A stretch of DNA of 64,000 nucleotides from a virus. This document shows, one piece after another, positions 18,610 through 26,831 of this stretch. Under the pieces are notes generated by a model that made no database searches, had not been told where the DNA came from, and saw nothing but the letters and a program-made list of their open reading frames with translations. The stretch is taken from IMG/VR virus record IMGVR_UViG_3300020468_000003, positions 41,045-105,044 of that record. The stretch is one strand, 5' to 3'. The stretch's first letter is position 1. The number at the start of each line of letters is the position of its first letter. The position numbers were made by a program, and so were the translations under genes.

Positions 18610-18664
18610 ATTCACAGTAGTATATATGTACGCAAAAGGATCTATTGTTACAATATAGTAACAT

Positions 18665-18960
18665 TGTACTTATAAGACTACAAGTACTTCGCGACCCTGT
18701 GTGTTAGGAAATCGCGATCCGTGGGTTGACAAACTCCGCGTCTCATGCTACGCTCGCTAAGTCAACATAAGATCTGAGCATTAAATCATAATACTTTCTC
18801 TCTTCTTTATACACATATTATAACACACTTAACATCCTTTTGCAATGTACTTGTACTTATGGTATAATTAAAAGAACCAGTTATTTAGACAGTTTACCAA
18901 AACCTATTCTCAATGTACTTGTACTTATAAATTAGTAATAAGTACATCCTATAAGTACAT
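18665..18960. repeat. TGTACTTAT direct and inverted repeats (operator-like)
   Basis: 18-bp direct repeat CAATGTACTTGTACTTAT at 18843 and 18911; inverted ATAAGTACAT at 18938 and 18951; single copy at 18665. Confidence 0.85.
18726..18754 (+). promoter_or_regulatory. Plus-strand sigma70-type promoter
   Basis: TTGACA-N17-TACGCT with extended -10 TG. Confidence 0.6.
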
Positions 18961-19025
18961 TATATGAAAATTGATAGGTTCATCGGTAGAATCCCTTGGT
19001 ATGACTGGAGTTTCGCCCTTAGTAT

Positions 19026-19562
19026 GTGTCATGGTTTCTTGAAGTGAGAAAGCATAAAGTTTTGAATGAAATAGAAGACTTAGAGGATTTCAGTGGTTAC
19101 TCGATTGATACTGATGGAAACCTTTGGTCTCTGAAGTATAAAGTACCGAAGCTAAGAAAACCTGTATGGTCTGGTAAAGATGAATGTGCATATCTTACCT
19201 GTAGATTGAGAGATGATAATGGTAAAGCAAAGACTCTCTACATTCATAAGTTGGTAGCATTAGCATTTCTTCCGTGTGATGATCCTACCCGAAGGGTTGT
19301 GCATAAGAACAAAGATCGAAGTAACAACCAACTTGAAAACTTAGAGTGGATTGCTAACGTAAAGGAGAAGAAGAAAGCATTAGACTTCGTATTACAGGAA
19401 GAACTGGTAAATAAGATACAGCGTATTCATGTAGTTGCTCAAAAGAAAGGAATTCGGGATGTGTCGTCTGATTCTTATTCATTTACCACGAAGATGATCG
19501 AAGATGCCATTGAAGCATACATTAAAGAGTATGGACTACGTAAAATTGATAGAGACTTATGA
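19026..19562 (+). CDS. NUMOD4-HNH endonuclease-like protein with C-terminal RHH-like domain
   Basis: GYSIDTDGNLWS (NUMOD4-like); YIHKLVALAFL...VVHKNKDRSNNQLENLEW (HNH); start codon uncertain. Confidence 0.8.
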   Translation: MSWFLEVRKHKVLNEIEDLEDFSGYSIDTDGNLWSLKYKVPKLRKPVWSGKDECAYLTCRLRDDNGKAKTLYIHKLVALAFLPCDDPTRRVVHKNKDRSNNQLENLEWIANVKEKKKALDFVLQEELVNKIQRIHVVAQKKGIRDVSSDSYSFTTKMIEDAIEAYIKEYGLRKIDRDL

Positions 19563-19684
19563 AAAATCCATTTAGAAAGAATAAAGAGACTAACTTGAAG
19601 AATCTCTTACAAAAATTGTTCCCAAATCATAAAATTACTGTGGTAAATCATAAAGATGGTTCTCAGACCATTTCTCTCTTATAA
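19559..19684 (+). CDS. Small basic ORF coupled to the HNH gene (41 aa)
   Basis: ATGA overlap; MKNPFRKNKETNLKNLLQKLFPNHKITVVNHKDGSQTISLL. Confidence 0.55.
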   Translation: MKNPFRKNKETNLKNLLQKLFPNHKITVVNHKDGSQTISLL

Positions 19685-19894
19685 GGGGGGTTACTACCAT
19701 AAGGAGAAGTTTTTACAGGGGTGTTACAGGCGATCCTGGCGTTAGTAGTTTGGTATCAGTACTATACAAAACGGTGTATTTCGTTAAATGTGGAGCAGTG
19801 AGTAGAAAAACGCAAAAAAAATTTCCTCCGCGCCTCTCGACGGGAGAGAATGGTAGAGGAAAGGGGGAGAAAGGAAGATATAGAAATTATAGAG

Positions 19895-20227
19895 TTACTG
19901 GATAGTATATGAATATCCCTCGAAGTGTTCCATAACGTTGAGCATCGTTTCCTTACCGTAGCATATAATTGTATGTGTCTGATATGGGGGATGTTTGCTT
20001 GCTTTGTGATCTTCGTATGTAAAAGTAAACTTTGGTTTATCATCTGGGTATTCGCCTGGTGTCCAGATTGATCCGTCTGTGTTGTAGGTATCAAACTCTA
20101 ATGGATTGATTTCTTTTTTTGATTCTTTCATTTGTTCTACTAGGTGATCGACGCAAGATGCATAGTAACTTGCATTAAGTGTTTCTTCTGATTCATAGAA
20201 GTTGATGTAGTTAAAAGGTTTACTCAT
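19895..20227 (-). CDS. Hypothetical protein (start MSKPFNY)
   Basis: ATG 20227 overlaps the end of the upstream oxygenase. Confidence 0.65.
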   Translation of the reverse strand: MSKPFNYINFYESEETLNASYYASCVDHLVEQMKESKKEINPLEFDTYNTDGSIWTPGEYPDDKPKFTFTYEDHKASKHPPYQTHTIICYGKETMLNVMEHFEGYSYTIQ

Positions 20228-20717
20228 ATTTAAGTGCGACTGTAAATCTGTGTTTGGTGCGGAAAGAGGTGGCTCTGTGTAAAATTGATGCATCGAAGAA
20301 ACATAAGCGATTTGGTTCGGGTGCAACTGAGTAGGACTTGTCGTTTACATAGAACTCTGTTTGTCCTAAAAAGTTGGGTGTCCACATTTCTTTGTGTGGA
20401 TAGTATAGGAATGTCACTCCCTCATCTGCATCTGTATGAAAGTATGGTATTTCATTTGGTGCGAACAAATTGATATACATTCTTAACAGACATCGGTTTG
20501 GTACAAGTGGTTGAGTCTTCTCATAGAAAAAGCGATAGATGAACTCTCCCTTCTTGATTTCTGCACTCATTCCAGTTGGAGCTACCTCTGCTTCATCCTT
20601 TTCGCCAAAAGTGTAGTTCGCATTCTGGCAGTACATAAGCACATTAGCCTGTTCTTGTGGATTTAACCAGTCGTCCCGTATATGAACTGGCACATCCTTT
20701 CCGTAAACAAAATCCAT
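20220..20717 (-). CDS. 2OG-Fe(II) oxygenase
   Basis: FHTD...PNRL.FFD..ILHRAT....RFTVA (HxD...H...R). Confidence 0.88.
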   Translation of the reverse strand: MDFVYGKDVPVHIRDDWLNPQEQANVLMYCQNANYTFGEKDEAEVAPTGMSAEIKKGEFIYRFFYEKTQPLVPNRCLLRMYINLFAPNEIPYFHTDADEGVTFLYYPHKEMWTPNFLGQTEFYVNDKSYSVAPEPNRLCFFDASILHRATSFRTKHRFTVALKYE

Positions 20718-21358
20718 TATTTGCTAGAATTGTAAGAAGTTACTGCAAAGTTGAATGCAATTGAGATACGTGGGTTACCAGGTGTTGGTTTGTTTGCTTT
20801 AACCTCATGCATTAGATATGATGGAAACATGATCAAATCTCCTTCATTGATGTCAGGAGAGAACAGTTCATCATAATTGTGTGAATCGAACTCTAATGAA
20901 TGAGATCGAATGATGCCCATTGGATCAGTAAAGGTCAATGGACTATGCACCTTCTTATCATAACATAGAAAATGTACACATGCAAAATGATTTGGGTCTA
21001 ACGGATCTCCAATATGATTGTGTGATTCTTGCCACTCCTCGTCCTCATAGCAATTATACCAACATTCGTCTACCTCCACCTCAAACTTGTTATCGAAAAA
21101 GGTTTTAATTAAATTATGATACTGTCTCTGTAATTCTCCTTGCGACATGAAAAAGCGATTGATGTCATCTCTTTCATGACTTGTCTTGATCTTTGTCGTT
21201 AACCATCCTTCTGGTGGTGTTAATGTTTTTTGAGTCGATTCAATAAATGGTAGCAGATCTTGCTTCAACCTTTCATTGTTCTCTACCTGTCCCTGATAGT
21301 AAGAGATCGGGAAAATGGTTCTACGTTGCGTTTCCATGGAATTCATCAAATTCTGCAT
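20717..21358 (-). CDS. 2OG-Fe(II) oxygenase (TIGR02466-like)
   Basis: QESHNH, EGDLIMFPSYLMHEV, RISIAFN. Confidence 0.9.
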   Translation of the reverse strand: MQNLMNSMETQRRTIFPISYYQGQVENNERLKQDLLPFIESTQKTLTPPEGWLTTKIKTSHERDDINRFFMSQGELQRQYHNLIKTFFDNKFEVEVDECWYNCYEDEEWQESHNHIGDPLDPNHFACVHFLCYDKKVHSPLTFTDPMGIIRSHSLEFDSHNYDELFSPDINEGDLIMFPSYLMHEVKANKPTPGNPRISIAFNFAVTSYNSSK

Positions 21359-21668
21359 AATGATCGGGACTTTTCTTATTTCTTTTCTTCACAAACTCCA
21401 ACTGATGCCAACTATGTTCATAACACAATAAAAGAACATGTATGTACCTGTGTGGATTATTCTTATCGTACTTACAATTTGGTTTCTCTTTAACAGCAAT
21501 TTCAATTGTAATGTAATTTAAGACTGGTCTCCATCCACCCTTAACTCTTGCTTGATTGTCTTCAGATTTTGGTTTACAATAAACCCATCCTTCATGCTTC
21601 ATTCCCAGATCCGTAGTCCAGATTACATAATCATCGACTTCTGGGATGTATTGTGTTTCTGTACTCAT
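21321..21668 (-). CDS. Conserved cyanophage hypothetical protein
   Basis: Y.P.VDDYV.W...EGWVY...YITIEI.V. Confidence 0.75.
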   Translation of the reverse strand: MSTETQYIPEVDDYVIWTTDLGMKHEGWVYCKPKSEDNQARVKGGWRPVLNYITIEIAVKEKPNCKYDKNNPHRYIHVLLLCYEHSWHQLEFVKKRNKKSPDHYAEFDEFHGNAT

Positions 21669-21835
21669 TAATCGGGAACTGCTTTAAGGTCTTTTGGACT
21701 GATGCCTTCATTGATCAGTTGATCTAATCTAACCTTACATTGTTCTTTTGTGAGTCCTGATGTATTTGCTTCAGGTGATTTAAACCATCCCATTGTTGTT
21801 TGTTGGACGATTTGCCATTTTTTCTCTTGAGTCAT
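21668..21835 (-). CDS. Small hypothetical protein (55 aa)
   Basis: Hand translation MTQEKKWQIVQQTTMGWFKSPEANTSGLTKEQCKVRLDQLINEGISPKDLKAVPD. Confidence 0.7.
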   Translation of the reverse strand: MTQEKKWQIVQQTTMGWFKSPEANTSGLTKEQCKVRLDQLINEGISPKDLKAVPD

Positions 21836-22651
21836 TTAATTAAACCTAATTGGTGCGGTGCGGGTTGTGATATCCCCTGTCATCATTGCATTGAATGAAA
21901 TGGTAATACGAGGAATGCCATTATAATCTTGATAGGATTGCTGTACTCCGTGTGGCAACCACGATGGAAACATAAGCAAACTACCATTATTTACGATTGG
22001 TGAAACTGTACCTGAGTTATGAGCAGCATGATCTTTATTTACACTTGGTTCAATAACTCTTGCAGCAGGTCTTGGATCACTAAAAGTTGTAGTTTGAGCA
22101 AATTGTGTTCCCAGATTTGGGGTACTTACATGCCATACTCCACTAAAGATAGAATTTGGGTGTGTATGATTCATGTGACAATATAATGGTCTAAAACCAA
22201 CATTTGCCCACATTGAAGTCAAATAGACTTGTTCTACCTTATAATCATAATATGCAAATACAGCAGCAGCTTCTTTAAGTAAGAAACTATGTACTTGTTC
22301 AAAACCTTCTCTCTGGTGAAGATCATCGAAACTGTACCAACCTACAGGATCTTTTGGATCTCCTGCAATTGTTCCTGCATTCTCATCTTTTGTTGCTGCT
22401 AAGACTTTTTCCTTAACATCTTTAAGGAAATCTTCATCATCAACTCTTGATTTAAAAAGTAAAGAGGGAAAAAGAACACCAATGTCCCTATCGGTAACTT
22501 TGATTTCTTTTTCAACCTCCCTTGTTGGAGATACAGGTTCATTACTTAGTTGATTTACTTCAACTCCAGTATTAATAGTAAATCCACCTTCTGGTTTACC
22601 AGATGGTATTTTTACATCACGATTCCATCCCGAATTATGTTCAGTTGTCAA
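21836..22651 (-). CDS. 2OG-Fe(II) oxygenase (TIGR02466-like)
   Basis: WANV...HTHPNS.FSGV, LLMFPSWLPHGV, RITISFN. Confidence 0.9.
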   Translation of the reverse strand: MTTEHNSGWNRDVKIPSGKPEGGFTINTGVEVNQLSNEPVSPTREVEKEIKVTDRDIGVLFPSLLFKSRVDDEDFLKDVKEKVLAATKDENAGTIAGDPKDPVGWYSFDDLHQREGFEQVHSFLLKEAAAVFAYYDYKVEQVYLTSMWANVGFRPLYCHMNHTHPNSIFSGVWHVSTPNLGTQFAQTTTFSDPRPAARVIEPSVNKDHAAHNSGTVSPIVNNGSLLMFPSWLPHGVQQSYQDYNGIPRITISFNAMMTGDITTRTAPIRFN

Positions 22652-22694
22652 TTAAGTATCTCCGAATATGGTTATTATAGCATAATAAATTGAT

Positions 22695-22898
22695 TTAGAC
22701 AAGGAACTCATCCATATAGTAATCAACTGTTACTTGCATTTTGGCAGCTTCCTTTTCTAAGTAGTCTCCATGTTGAGCAAGACCTTTATAGTATTCTTGT
22801 CTCTGTTTCCACTTGATGATTTCGATTTCAGATGTAATCATGTATTTTTTTAATAATTCCATAAATTCTTCTATCTCTTCATCATTCATAAGTAACAA
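22695..22898 (-). CDS. Hypothetical protein
   Basis: C-terminal E.EAA.M.VTVDYYMDEF motif. Confidence 0.65.
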   Translation of the reverse strand: MLLMNDEEIEEFMELLKKYMITSEIEIIKWKQRQEYYKGLAQHGDYLEKEAAKMQVTVDYYMDEFLV

Positions 22899-24654
22899 AT
22901 CCCTTGGGTCTTTGTGTCCATTTCGGATTCTTATCTCTGTAACTTGGTTCTATAGTTTTCCTTTCTTGCTTTTTAACTTTCATTTTAACACGATCAGGCA
23001 TTGAATCATATATGTGTTGTGGCACATCATCTTCTGTCCCAACGAAAGTCATATCCCCACTTGAGTCGTGTATAGTCTTACATAAGTATTCATACAATGA
23101 AGGAAGTGTCTCTGCATAATTTATATATTTCTGTTGGGTCTCTCTGTATAGTTCTTGTAACCTATCACAATGCATTTCTGGATCAAATCCTTTCAATTTT
23201 CCTAGAGATCTATGCATTTGTGCATCAATTGGAGAATAGTTCATTCCTGCAGCAACACACTGGAATCCCGCAGTACCCTCCCTAAATTGATGATATTTGT
23301 ATGCGGACGTAGCATAGTAAAGTAATTCAAGATTCTCTCCCATTTCAGTTTCATAATTCAATGAATTATTGATTGTTGGGTCAATTCTAACTCTCTCTGT
23401 TACATCTTGCCAGTATGGTGTATCATCTCTTGAACTCAATGCATAATGCATACCAACAAAGTTTGCATGACCATAGAAAATATTTCTAAGTGCATAATTA
23501 AATGCATCCCTATCCCACTGATTAACAAAATCTTTGCGTAGTGTATAGATTAATGATAATAACCACTCATATGTTGTCATTAATCCTGTACTCTCTAATG
23601 GTTCAACAAAACCACTTGATAAACCAATCGCAACTACATTCTTCTCCCATGTCTTTTCATGTATTCCATTTCTCATTGTAATGGGTTTAAATTCAAGATC
23701 CTCAATAGGAACATTATCATAACGTGTGCGGATGTAATCCTTGAACTCCTCAAGAGCTTCATCATCACTGATATACTTATCACTATAAACATACCCTGCA
23801 CCAATACGTGACCATAAAGGTATGTTCCATGTCCATCCATTACTGAGAGCAGTGCAATTTGTAAATGGTTCTAGTTGTTTATTCTTATCTGTATATGGTA
23901 TATGTGTTGCCCATGCTTTATTATTTGGAATTATGTTCTCAATACTATTAAATTTAACTCCTAATGCACCCTCTAATAATAAACTTTTGAAACCAGTGCA
24001 ATCAATGTATAAATCAGCAGTTACTTTCTCTTTATTTTGTAAAATTAAAGACTCTATACCATCATCATTTGTATTAATCTTTTCAACTGTTGAATTAATT
24101 AACTTTACACCCTTTGGAAGACATATCTTTTTCTTAAGATATTGTCCTAATGCGGTAGCGTCAAAATGAAATGCAACATCTTGAACAAATGAGAAACCAG
24201 GTGTCTTTCCACTACTATCATCAGACATCTTATTATTCTCTGAAATTGCAGCAATTGGATAGTGGCAACGTGCAAATGAATTTTGATCAAGACCACCCCT
24301 ATTTCCTTTTAAGAACCACCAGTCATTTTGTGCTACTTGTTCTATTGGTCTTTGTGCCTCTCCAAAAGGATAATGGAATCCTCCTGTATCTTTTCCTAAC
24401 CAATCTGTAAATTTAATACTTAACTTATAACTACCATCTGTTTCTGTTAAAAGATCTTTATCCTCAAGACCTATCAATGATGACCAGTGCTTTATACCAC
24501 CAAGAGTACTTTCTCCAACTCCCAATATAGGAAAGTCTGGACTCTCAATGATAGTAACATCAATGTTCGGAAGTTGTGTTGCAAATGTGGCAGCAGACAT
24601 CCAACCTGATGAACCACCACCCACAATGCATATGCTTTTAATCTTTTTGCTCAT
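22882..24654 (-). CDS. Flavin-dependent (tryptophan) halogenase-like protein (start MSKKIK)
   Basis: GGGSSGW, GVGEST, K in SYKLSIKF, IDCTGF, GWTWNIP, FVEPLESTG. Confidence 0.92.
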   Translation of the reverse strand: MSKKIKSICIVGGGSSGWMSAATFATQLPNIDVTIIESPDFPILGVGESTLGGIKHWSSLIGLEDKDLLTETDGSYKLSIKFTDWLGKDTGGFHYPFGEAQRPIEQVAQNDWWFLKGNRGGLDQNSFARCHYPIAAISENNKMSDDSSGKTPGFSFVQDVAFHFDATALGQYLKKKICLPKGVKLINSTVEKINTNDDGIESLILQNKEKVTADLYIDCTGFKSLLLEGALGVKFNSIENIIPNNKAWATHIPYTDKNKQLEPFTNCTALSNGWTWNIPLWSRIGAGYVYSDKYISDDEALEEFKDYIRTRYDNVPIEDLEFKPITMRNGIHEKTWEKNVVAIGLSSGFVEPLESTGLMTTYEWLLSLIYTLRKDFVNQWDRDAFNYALRNIFYGHANFVGMHYALSSRDDTPYWQDVTERVRIDPTINNSLNYETEMGENLELLYYATSAYKYHQFREGTAGFQCVAAGMNYSPIDAQMHRSLGKLKGFDPEMHCDRLQELYRETQQKYINYAETLPSLYEYLCKTIHDSSGDMTFVGTEDDVPQHIYDSMPDRVKMKVKKQERKTIEPSYRDKNPKWTQRPKGFVTYE

Positions 24655-24788
24655 TCTTTTTGTTTCTACGTTCTTCAACTAATTTTAGGAACTCCTCATC
24701 TGGAGTAAAGATTACAGGACCTTCGGCAATCCTCTCCTCCAGTTCATCCAATAATGGATCCTTTTCATTGTTTTTTTCAGTCATTTTT

Positions 24789-25076
24789 TTACAAGAGATC
24801 TAAGTCTTTTCCGTGTTTGAGTTTATCCACTTCAACAGGTGGCACAAAGGCATTGAAATTATTTTTAATTTGCTCTAGTCTATCTGCTTGAGCACCTAGT
24901 TTTTTTAAAACAGTGCGACTATTAACATCAAACTTTTTAGCAGATGTATCAATCCCCTTTCCTAAAAGGACATCAATTAAAAAATCACACTCAGATTCAT
25001 CTAAGTCTGATTGTAATCTATGTATGGTTCCCATAATACTCAATTTAAACACCCTTGTCTTGTGTACTTTCGTCAA
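24789..25076 (-). CDS. Hypothetical protein
   Basis: 95-aa ORF in operon. Confidence 0.55.
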   Translation of the reverse strand: MTKVHKTRVFKLSIMGTIHRLQSDLDESECDFLIDVLLGKGIDTSAKKFDVNSRTVLKKLGAQADRLEQIKNNFNAFVPPVEVDKLKHGKDLDLL

Positions 25077-25935
25077 CGATTGTATCTAATTCAGATAACT
25101 TTGGATACATTCCCTTAAATGTATCTGCGTTTTGTTTCTGTTTTTTCATATCATCATCCATCTCTATTCTACCTGTGTTTTCATTAAATTGCAATAGCAT
25201 TTTTCTACCTGCCTTTCTAGCAGTTTCTCTAAAGTTTGGCGATATACCAGTTGTATCATTTGAAAATGTGGTTACATGATCACTTAACCATCCAGTACAA
25301 ACATACTTACTACCTTTAGTGACAGTTTCTCCTCTATGATAGAAATACCATGAAGCAGGGAAACAAATCAACTTTCCAGTTTTTGGTGCTACATTGAGTA
25401 TATCATTACTATTTCCACCAACTCTAAATTGTGTATGCCCACCATCAAAATCATCATTGAGATACCACATATATGTGAATAATCTTCTTGCTTGCAAAAC
25501 AGTTCCAGAATCTCTATATCCTCTTAATGGAAATACTATCGTATCTAAAATTGGAGAGACATCATCATCAGCATGCCAATCATAACTTTCTCCAACATTA
25601 GTTCTTTGTACTTGATATCCAGAATCAACCATGTCCCCTTTTGATTGAACAACATCACCTAATTTTTCTTTTATGTAAGTTAAATATTTTTTTACATGTG
25701 GGGAAAGTACTTCAAAAAAGTATGCATCATATTCTTCCCATTCTGGCCATTGAGATATCCACAGATCAGTTGATTTTTTGATACTTGTTCCATCAGCGTG
25801 TCCCTCAGTATCAGATGCTGTGATTCCCGCACTTTTACGATGATCATATTCAAATTTTTCAATGATCTCTTTGCATTTATCAGCAGGTATGACATCATCA
25901 TACTGCACTATCATATCGGCAAAATTAGTTATCAT
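25045..25935 (-). CDS. 2OG-Fe(II) oxygenase, prolyl-4-hydroxylase-like
   Basis: WHAD, MWYLNDDFDGGHTQF, GKLICFP.W...HRG..V..GSKYV.TGW. Confidence 0.9.
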   Translation of the reverse strand: MITNFADMIVQYDDVIPADKCKEIIEKFEYDHRKSAGITASDTEGHADGTSIKKSTDLWISQWPEWEEYDAYFFEVLSPHVKKYLTYIKEKLGDVVQSKGDMVDSGYQVQRTNVGESYDWHADDDVSPILDTIVFPLRGYRDSGTVLQARRLFTYMWYLNDDFDGGHTQFRVGGNSNDILNVAPKTGKLICFPASWYFYHRGETVTKGSKYVCTGWLSDHVTTFSNDTTGISPNFRETARKAGRKMLLQFNENTGRIEMDDDMKKQKQNADTFKGMYPKLSELDTIVDESTQDKGV

Positions 25936-26434
25936 GTTGTTTTAAATTAAATGCTAAAATAATTCTTTTATCCATAACAGGTGGACTAAAATGATATATC
26001 TCTGGGTCCCAGATTAATAAATCTCCAACCTTAACTTTAGATGTTGTTGTGTTACATTGATGCAACGGATCTTGAAAATAAGTAGATTGTCCCTCGGTTA
26101 AAAATAAACAACCAGAACCACTTATTTTTGTTCCTGTATGATTATGTATAGGATGAAATCCACCAGGTTCATACACTTGAACCCAAGAATTGTCAAATGC
26201 TTCTGCAGGAGCTATAGGTTCTAAAACTTTGTAAATCCACGGAACTATATGTGCTTCATTCTTTGTACCATAAGTTGTCCAAAGTCTTCCATGATCAACA
26301 TATTTTCCATACTTCTTACACCATTCTTCAACCTTATCAAGAAATCCCTCTGGTATGGGAATATTATCTTTAATAACAATTGAAGGTGGAAAAAGTTGTT
26401 GATGCTCTGGTCCTTTTTTCTTTTCTTCACTCAT
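25925..26434 (-). CDS. 2OG-Fe(II) oxygenase
   Basis: SWVQVY....HPIHNH, GDLLIW....YH, RIILAFN. Confidence 0.8.
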   Translation of the reverse strand: MSEEKKKGPEHQQLFPPSIVIKDNIPIPEGFLDKVEEWCKKYGKYVDHGRLWTTYGTKNEAHIVPWIYKVLEPIAPAEAFDNSWVQVYEPGGFHPIHNHTGTKISGSGCLFLTEGQSTYFQDPLHQCNTTTSKVKVGDLLIWDPEIYHFSPPVMDKRIILAFNLKQHDN

Positions 26435-26831
26435 AAAATGCCTCTAATCCAACTGGTTCTCCAAAACTATAATCATAAGTTAATGCATCATGACAAACAT
26501 AATGCGGATGATCAGGTTTTACACCTAATCTTTTACACAATTCAAGATGATTATCCTCCATGAGTTCTACTGCATACAACATATTGTTTAGTATGTGTTC
26601 CTCATCATGATACTGCAGCAATTTAGTTTTAAGAGTAACTAAAAAGTTACCACTACCTGCTGAATTATCTAGGAAAGTAGAATTAGGGTTCTTTTTTACA
26701 TCATCTGGTATATCATTTATCATTCTAGCACAAACATCCATAGGTGTAAACACTTCGCTAGTAGCATTTATCCTATCATCTGATCTTTCAATTACAGATC
26801 CTACACTCTTATTGTGGTCGTTTCTTTTCAT
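26427..26831 (-). CDS. Stand-alone SAM-binding half of an N6-adenine DNA methyltransferase (motifs X, I, II, III only)
   Basis: EVFTP, FLDNSAGSGNFL, LYAVELMEDN, VCHDAL; ends before any NPPY. Confidence 0.85.
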   Translation of the reverse strand: MKRNDHNKSVGSVIERSDDRINATSEVFTPMDVCARMINDIPDDVKKNPNSTFLDNSAGSGNFLVTLKTKLLQYHDEEHILNNMLYAVELMEDNHLELCKRLGVKPDHPHYVCHDALTYDYSFGEPVGLEAFYE

